Shown piece after piece: positions 47,818-50,721 of a DNA stretch of 50,721 nucleotides. Every line of letters starts with the position of its first letter. The first letter of the stretch is position 1. The notes under the pieces are model-generated. The model was not told the DNA's origin and searched no databases. It saw only the letters and a program-made list of their open reading frames with translations. This DNA comes from an uncultured Bacillales bacterium. GTDB lineage: Bacteria > Bacillota_I > Bacilli_A > RFN20 > CAG-826. The stretch covers positions 1-50,721 of the forward strand of contig CAMPCW010000002.1 in NCBI GenBank assembly GCA_946647665.1, written 5' to 3'. The translations under genes and the position numbers were made by a program.

Positions 47818-47823
47818 AGCGCA

Positions 47824-47852
47824 AATTAAGTCGTCCATAGTGGCGGCTTTTT
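47824..47852 (+). terminator. Terminator with conserved AATTAAGTCGTC left arm, copy 2
   Basis: AATTAAGTCGTCC-ATAG-TGGCGGCTT + TTTT. Confidence 0.6.
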
Positions 47853-48147
47853 ATATAATTGAATTATATATTGGTTGTAAAATAAACAACTTTAGATGTA
47901 ATAAAATTGACAAAGAAAAGTCAAAAGCCTTCGTTAATCTGGACACAGAAAGCGAGATGATTGCATTGAGAGACTTTCTTAAAGAAGCTTTGGGACTTCT
48001 GCGGATTGCCTTAGCGTGCCTCCTATTAGCTTTGATAGCGTTACAGTTAAAATTAAAAGAGCCATTGACGACTAGTAGCACCTAAGTGTCTACGAGGCTC
48101 CACTCTTATATTTATATTATAGCATGCCTATTAAAAAATGACTACAT

Positions 48148-48345
48148 ATGTCTAAGGAAACCATTGGACCTAAAATTAAACAATTCAGAAAGAAAAGAAA
48201 ACTGAGTCAAGATGATTTAGCGGAATCTTTAGTGGCACATCCGAAAACTAAATTAACAATAAAACAAGGCTCAGCCCATTATTTCCATACCGAAGAGGAA
48301 AAAGAATTTATCAAGGCTTGGATTCTTAATTCTTTGCATCAATAA
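48148..48345 (+). CDS. XRE-family HTH fragment (probably truncated or remodelled regulator)
   Basis: IGPKIKQFRKKRKLSQDDLAESL matches helices 1-2 of Cro/C1-type HTH domains, but the recognition-helix consensus is missing after LAESL. There is no SD. The partial promoter motif TCCACTCTTATAT lies at 48099-48111. Confidence 0.35.
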   Translation: MSKETIGPKIKQFRKKRKLSQDDLAESLVAHPKTKLTIKQGSAHYFHTEEEKEFIKAWILNSLHQ

Positions 48346-48419
48346 GATAATCTTTGGTATCTCCTTTTAAAAAACATTAATAAGTGTTAATTTATAAATA
48401 AGAAGGGATATGTTGATTT

Positions 48420-49091
48420 ATGGCTACATATAACGCAGAAATAACGCAAAAATTTTTAGATGAGTATAAGACTTTTGAGTATATCGAAGAAAATGATCCT
48501 CATCGATTTGAGATGATAAAAAAACAGCATTATGTTGAATTCAATGCCTTAAGACATATCCGCAACTGCTTGACACATACTCCAAAAGTCAATGGCGATT
48601 TTCCTTTTCATGTCGCTGATTATGTTTTGGAAACACTAGAAGAAATAATAAATAAATTAGTGGTAAAAGCCTACGATGTAGGAATTAAGAAAGATAAAAT
48701 TAAAACATTATCTCCTGACACTGATGTATTACATGCAATGCGCTATATGGATCAGCTACATATTACTAATGTCCCAATCTTTGATGAGAAAGGGTGTGTT
48801 AGATATGTTGTTTCTATGCGAACAATATTCTCTATTCTTGCAAATGCAGAATATGATGAAAATAAATCATATACTATTGAAGATTTAAAAGATAAATTTG
48901 ATATCAATAACAGCAAAGATCTATATTACCTTTTCTTAGCAAAAGACACCTTTGCCTTTGATGCTAAACAATATTTTATCGGCTATAACAATGAACACAA
49001 AAGGTGCGCTTTAATATTTATTACTGAACATGGTTTAAGAAATGAACCTGTATTAGGAATTGTATCTCCTGGAGATGTGTTCAACATTTAA
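48420..49091 (+). CDS. HEPN-like (Rx4H) N-terminal domain fused to a CBS pair
   Basis: ALRHIRNCLTH matches the lR..RN...H form of the HEPN Rx4-6H motif. Two CBS-like repeats follow (IKTLSPDTDVLHAMRYMDQLHITNVPIFDEKGCVRYVVSMRTIF and YLFLAKDTFAFDAKQYF....ALIFITEHGLRNEPVLGIVSPGDVF). Confidence 0.55.
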   Translation: MATYNAEITQKFLDEYKTFEYIEENDPHRFEMIKKQHYVEFNALRHIRNCLTHTPKVNGDFPFHVADYVLETLEEIINKLVVKAYDVGIKKDKIKTLSPDTDVLHAMRYMDQLHITNVPIFDEKGCVRYVVSMRTIFSILANAEYDENKSYTIEDLKDKFDINNSKDLYYLFLAKDTFAFDAKQYFIGYNNEHKRCALIFITEHGLRNEPVLGIVSPGDVFNI

Positions 49092-49118
49092 TTCAGTTGT
49101 CCTTACTGACGGCTTATT

Positions 49119-49157
49119 TGTGGCACATCTGTGACAAACTATCTGATAAGATATATT
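49119..49157 (+). promoter_or_regulatory. Conserved upstream block of mini-protein gene 1
   Basis: TGTGGCACATCTGTGACA-N7-TGATAAGATATA parallels 50240-50279 (TGTGACACATTTGTGACA-N7-TGATAACATATA). Confidence 0.5.
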
Positions 49158-49176
49158 CAATCTTAGGGGGCAAATT

Positions 49177-49461
49177 ATGAAAAAAGAATTATTAAAAGGT
49201 TTAACTAAAGAACAAATTGCAAAAGTTAAGGCCTGTAAAAGTCATGAAGAATTAATGAAACTCGCTAAAAAAGAAGGCGTTGAACTTACTGAAGAGCAAT
49301 TAGCTGTTGTTAGTGGTGGTGGCGCTTGCAGTGTTATTTCAGATATAGGAGACTATATCAATCCAAATGACTGTCCAAGATGTGGTAGCAATAACTTAAA
49401 AGACAAAGGCACCTATTATATCTGCCAAAGCTGTGGCTACAAAATTGAAAACTACGATTAA
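49177..49461 (+). CDS. Mini-protein: Nif11-type double-glycine leader-like N-terminus + C-terminal zinc ribbon
   Basis: MKKELLKGLTKEQIAKVKACKSHEELMKLAKKEGVELTEEQLAVVSGG, then GACSVISDIGDYINPNDCPRCGSNNLKDKGTYYICQSCGYKIENYD; SD AGGGGG. Confidence 0.6.
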   Translation: MKKELLKGLTKEQIAKVKACKSHEELMKLAKKEGVELTEEQLAVVSGGGACSVISDIGDYINPNDCPRCGSNNLKDKGTYYICQSCGYKIENYD

Positions 49462-49473
49462 ATAAACGAGTAT

Positions 49474-49497
49474 AACCGAGTCTAGCTCGGTTTTTTT
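49474..49497 (+). terminator. Rho-independent terminator
   Basis: AACCGAG-TCTAG-CTCGGTT followed by T-run. Confidence 0.8.
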
Positions 49498-49524
49498 ATC
49501 TGCCCAACTCACGGAATTAAAGAC

Positions 49525-49533
49525 TGCTATAAT
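49525..49533 (+). promoter_or_regulatory. Extended -10 promoter (TGCTATAAT) immediately upstream of the NTase start
   Basis: TATAAT at 49528-49533 ends 4 nt before ATG 49538 and 7 nt before ATG 49541. There is no SD, which suggests a leaderless mRNA. Confidence 0.45.
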
Positions 49534-49537
49534 ACTA

Positions 49538-50239
49538 ATGATGCATAAAAATATTAGTAACAATCTAGAAATAGCCCTTGATAAGTTAAATAATTTAGAT
49601 TTTGATTTCCTCATTATTGGTGGGCTTATTTGTAATGCAGTATTAGCTAATCACGCAAGAAGAACATCTGATATCGATCTGATTTGTAATACTGATTTTC
49701 ATAAGTTAGAGGAACTATTAAAAAAAGAATTTGATGTCGTTCGTTTCCTTTATTTTCCTTTAACTAATGAGGCCACAGAAGAATCTTTTTCTTGTTTTGT
49801 AAGAATTAATAACGAGATTATACATATTGAAGGAAGAAGATTTGATATTTTTAATAAGTTTAAAAGAAGTGTTTATCAAATCGGACAATGTACTTTTAAT
49901 GGGGTCAGTGTTGAACTTCAAATTGCCGAGAAAATAATAGCGTTGTTTTCTATTCGAGTTCCATTATATAAACATCTTGTAGATTTGTATTCTTTCTCAA
50001 AATTAAATGATAAATCATTTAACAAAAATGATATCAAAAAGTATTTAAAGATGTTGCTTTCGTATAAAAATAACGTAAAAAAGAAGTTATATTTACCTCT
50101 TATTGATCTCCAACCCCATATTGAAGTAAATAAAGAGTTTGAAGGATCATTGTTACTTCCTTTACAAGCACAATATAACCACAATAAAGAATACATAATT
50201 GAAGAGATTAATAAATGGCTACCTCAATTTATTGAATAA
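49538..50239 (+). CDS. AbiEii/AbiGii-type (DUF1814-like) nucleotidyltransferase
   Basis: FLIIGGLICNAVLANHARRTSDIDLI matches the GG....R.S.DiD NTase block; LQIAEKIIALFSIRVPLYKHLVDLYSF matches the EK..A...R...rDlyDl block. Confidence 0.6.
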   Translation: MMHKNISNNLEIALDKLNNLDFDFLIIGGLICNAVLANHARRTSDIDLICNTDFHKLEELLKKEFDVVRFLYFPLTNEATEESFSCFVRINNEIIHIEGRRFDIFNKFKRSVYQIGQCTFNGVSVELQIAEKIIALFSIRVPLYKHLVDLYSFSKLNDKSFNKNDIKKYLKMLLSYKNNVKKKLYLPLIDLQPHIEVNKEFEGSLLLPLQAQYNHNKEYIIEEINKWLPQFIE

Positions 50240-50279
50240 TGTGACACATTTGTGACAAGTATTTTGATAACATATAGAT
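50240..50279 (+). promoter_or_regulatory. Conserved upstream block of mini-protein gene 2
   Basis: See 49119-49157; it starts directly after the NTase stop codon. Confidence 0.5.
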
Positions 50280-50299
50280 AACAAAGGAGAACTTCGAAC

Positions 50300-50608
50300 A
50301 TGAAAAAAGAATTATTAAAAGGTTTAACAGAAGAACAAATTAAAAAAGTTAGTGCATGCAAAAATACGGACGAATTGCTCGCTTTAGCCAAAGAAGAAGG
50401 ATTTTCTTTAACTGATGAACAATTAGAAGCAGTTAATGGTGGTGGTTGTTTATCCACTAACGCACCTGACGTTTCAAAAACATGTAAAAAATGTGGTAGA
50501 TTAGTAGAAGGTCGTTATATTGGTCGAAAATCATATTATGGCCTTATCTATGAATTTGCGTGTGAATGTGGGTATACTTGGAAAGGCTCCAAAAACGAAG
50601 ATTTATAA
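50300..50608 (+). CDS. Mini-protein paralogue: Nif11-type GG leader-like N-terminus + CxxC...CxC zinc ribbon
   Basis: MKKELLKGLTEEQIKKVSACKNTDELLALAKEEGFSLTDEQLEAVNGG, then GCLSTNAPDVSKTCKKCGRLVEGRYIGRKSYYGLIYEFACECGYTWKGSKNEDL. The first 29 nt of the CDS are identical to 49177..; SD AAAGGAGA. Confidence 0.6.
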   Translation: MKKELLKGLTEEQIKKVSACKNTDELLALAKEEGFSLTDEQLEAVNGGGCLSTNAPDVSKTCKKCGRLVEGRYIGRKSYYGLIYEFACECGYTWKGSKNEDL

Positions 50609-50642
50609 TTTTAAAACATAATTAAAATTGGATATATGTAAC

Positions 50643-50671
50643 AATTAAGTCGTCTACAAGGGCGACTTTTT
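50643..50671 (+). terminator. Terminator with conserved AATTAAGTCGTC left arm, copy 3
   Basis: AATTAAGTCGTC-TACAAGG-GCGACTT + TTTT. Confidence 0.6.
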
Positions 50672-50721
50672 ATTATCGAAACGAAGTGAGATAAAAACCG
50701 GGTGCTATGCACGTGAGAATA

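Noticed and set aside
47840-48085. Calling either long ORF (47840..48085 + or 47851..48081 -) as a protein-coding gene.
   Set aside because: The two ORFs mutually overlap on opposite strands. Neither has an SD or a convincing start. One would start inside the preceding terminator. Neither has a recognisable family signature. The segment is reported only as an unexplained region.
48232-48241. The 10-mer GTGGCACATC is shared between the XRE fragment (48232) and the upstream block at 49121, suggesting a cassette boundary.
   Set aside because: A single 10-nt match in 50 kb is expected by chance many times over, and the flanks show no further similarity.
1-50721. Mycoplasma-type genetic code (UGA=Trp), CRISPR arrays, rRNA/tRNA genes, IS elements and integrases.
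   Set aside because: RF2 with a UGA-dependent frameshift site is present, and conserved genes read full-length under code 11. I found no direct-repeat/spacer array, no tRNA-like T-arm (GGTTCGAATCC-type) sequence and no transposase or recombinase signature on scanning both strands by eye.

Overview
AT-rich window (about one-third G+C by eye) from a low-GC Firmicutes-type chromosome with Erysipelotrichia/Acholeplasma-like gene content. It uses the standard bacterial code: an RF2 gene with the classical CTT TGA C +1 frameshift site is present. Most of the window is conserved housekeeping synteny: typA; rsmI-yaaT-holB-tmk-recR-ybaB-dnaX; prfA-prmC-tsaC-rpiB; comFA-comFC; secA-prfB; uvrB; secG; rmuC; rpsF-ssb-rpsR. 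It also holds surface proteins (a lipoprotein, an endonuclease I with Big_2 domains, a Cthe_2159-like beta-helix protein), a group-B-like [FeFe] hydrogenase, and a cluster of two hypB paralogues, hypA and a 965-aa Fe-S flavoprotein. No rRNA, tRNA, CRISPR array, transposase or integrase gene was recognised. Five segments are not explained by ordinary annotation. (1) 48.1-50.7 kb is an accessory island with a HEPN(Rx4H)-CBS protein, an AbiEii-type nucleotidyltransferase and two paralogous GG-leader/zinc-ribbon mini-proteins behind duplicated upstream blocks; this is my best candidate for an undescribed system. (2) 45.6-46.3 kb holds two tandem type-I-toxin-like hydrophobic peptide genes, each overlapped by a predicted convergent antisense RNA. 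(3) A 48-nt promoter module is 46/48 identical at 18.77 kb and 45.61 kb. (4) 18.8-19.8 kb holds a decayed second copy of the comFA 5' end, an 18-bp identical core and a ~790-bp insert. The intact comFA has no canonical start codon. (5) An operon places the 965-aa redox enzyme between hypB and hypA, next to a divergent second hypB and a perfect 20-bp palindrome. All family assignments rest on motif recognition by eye. No BLAST, HMM or folding computation was run.
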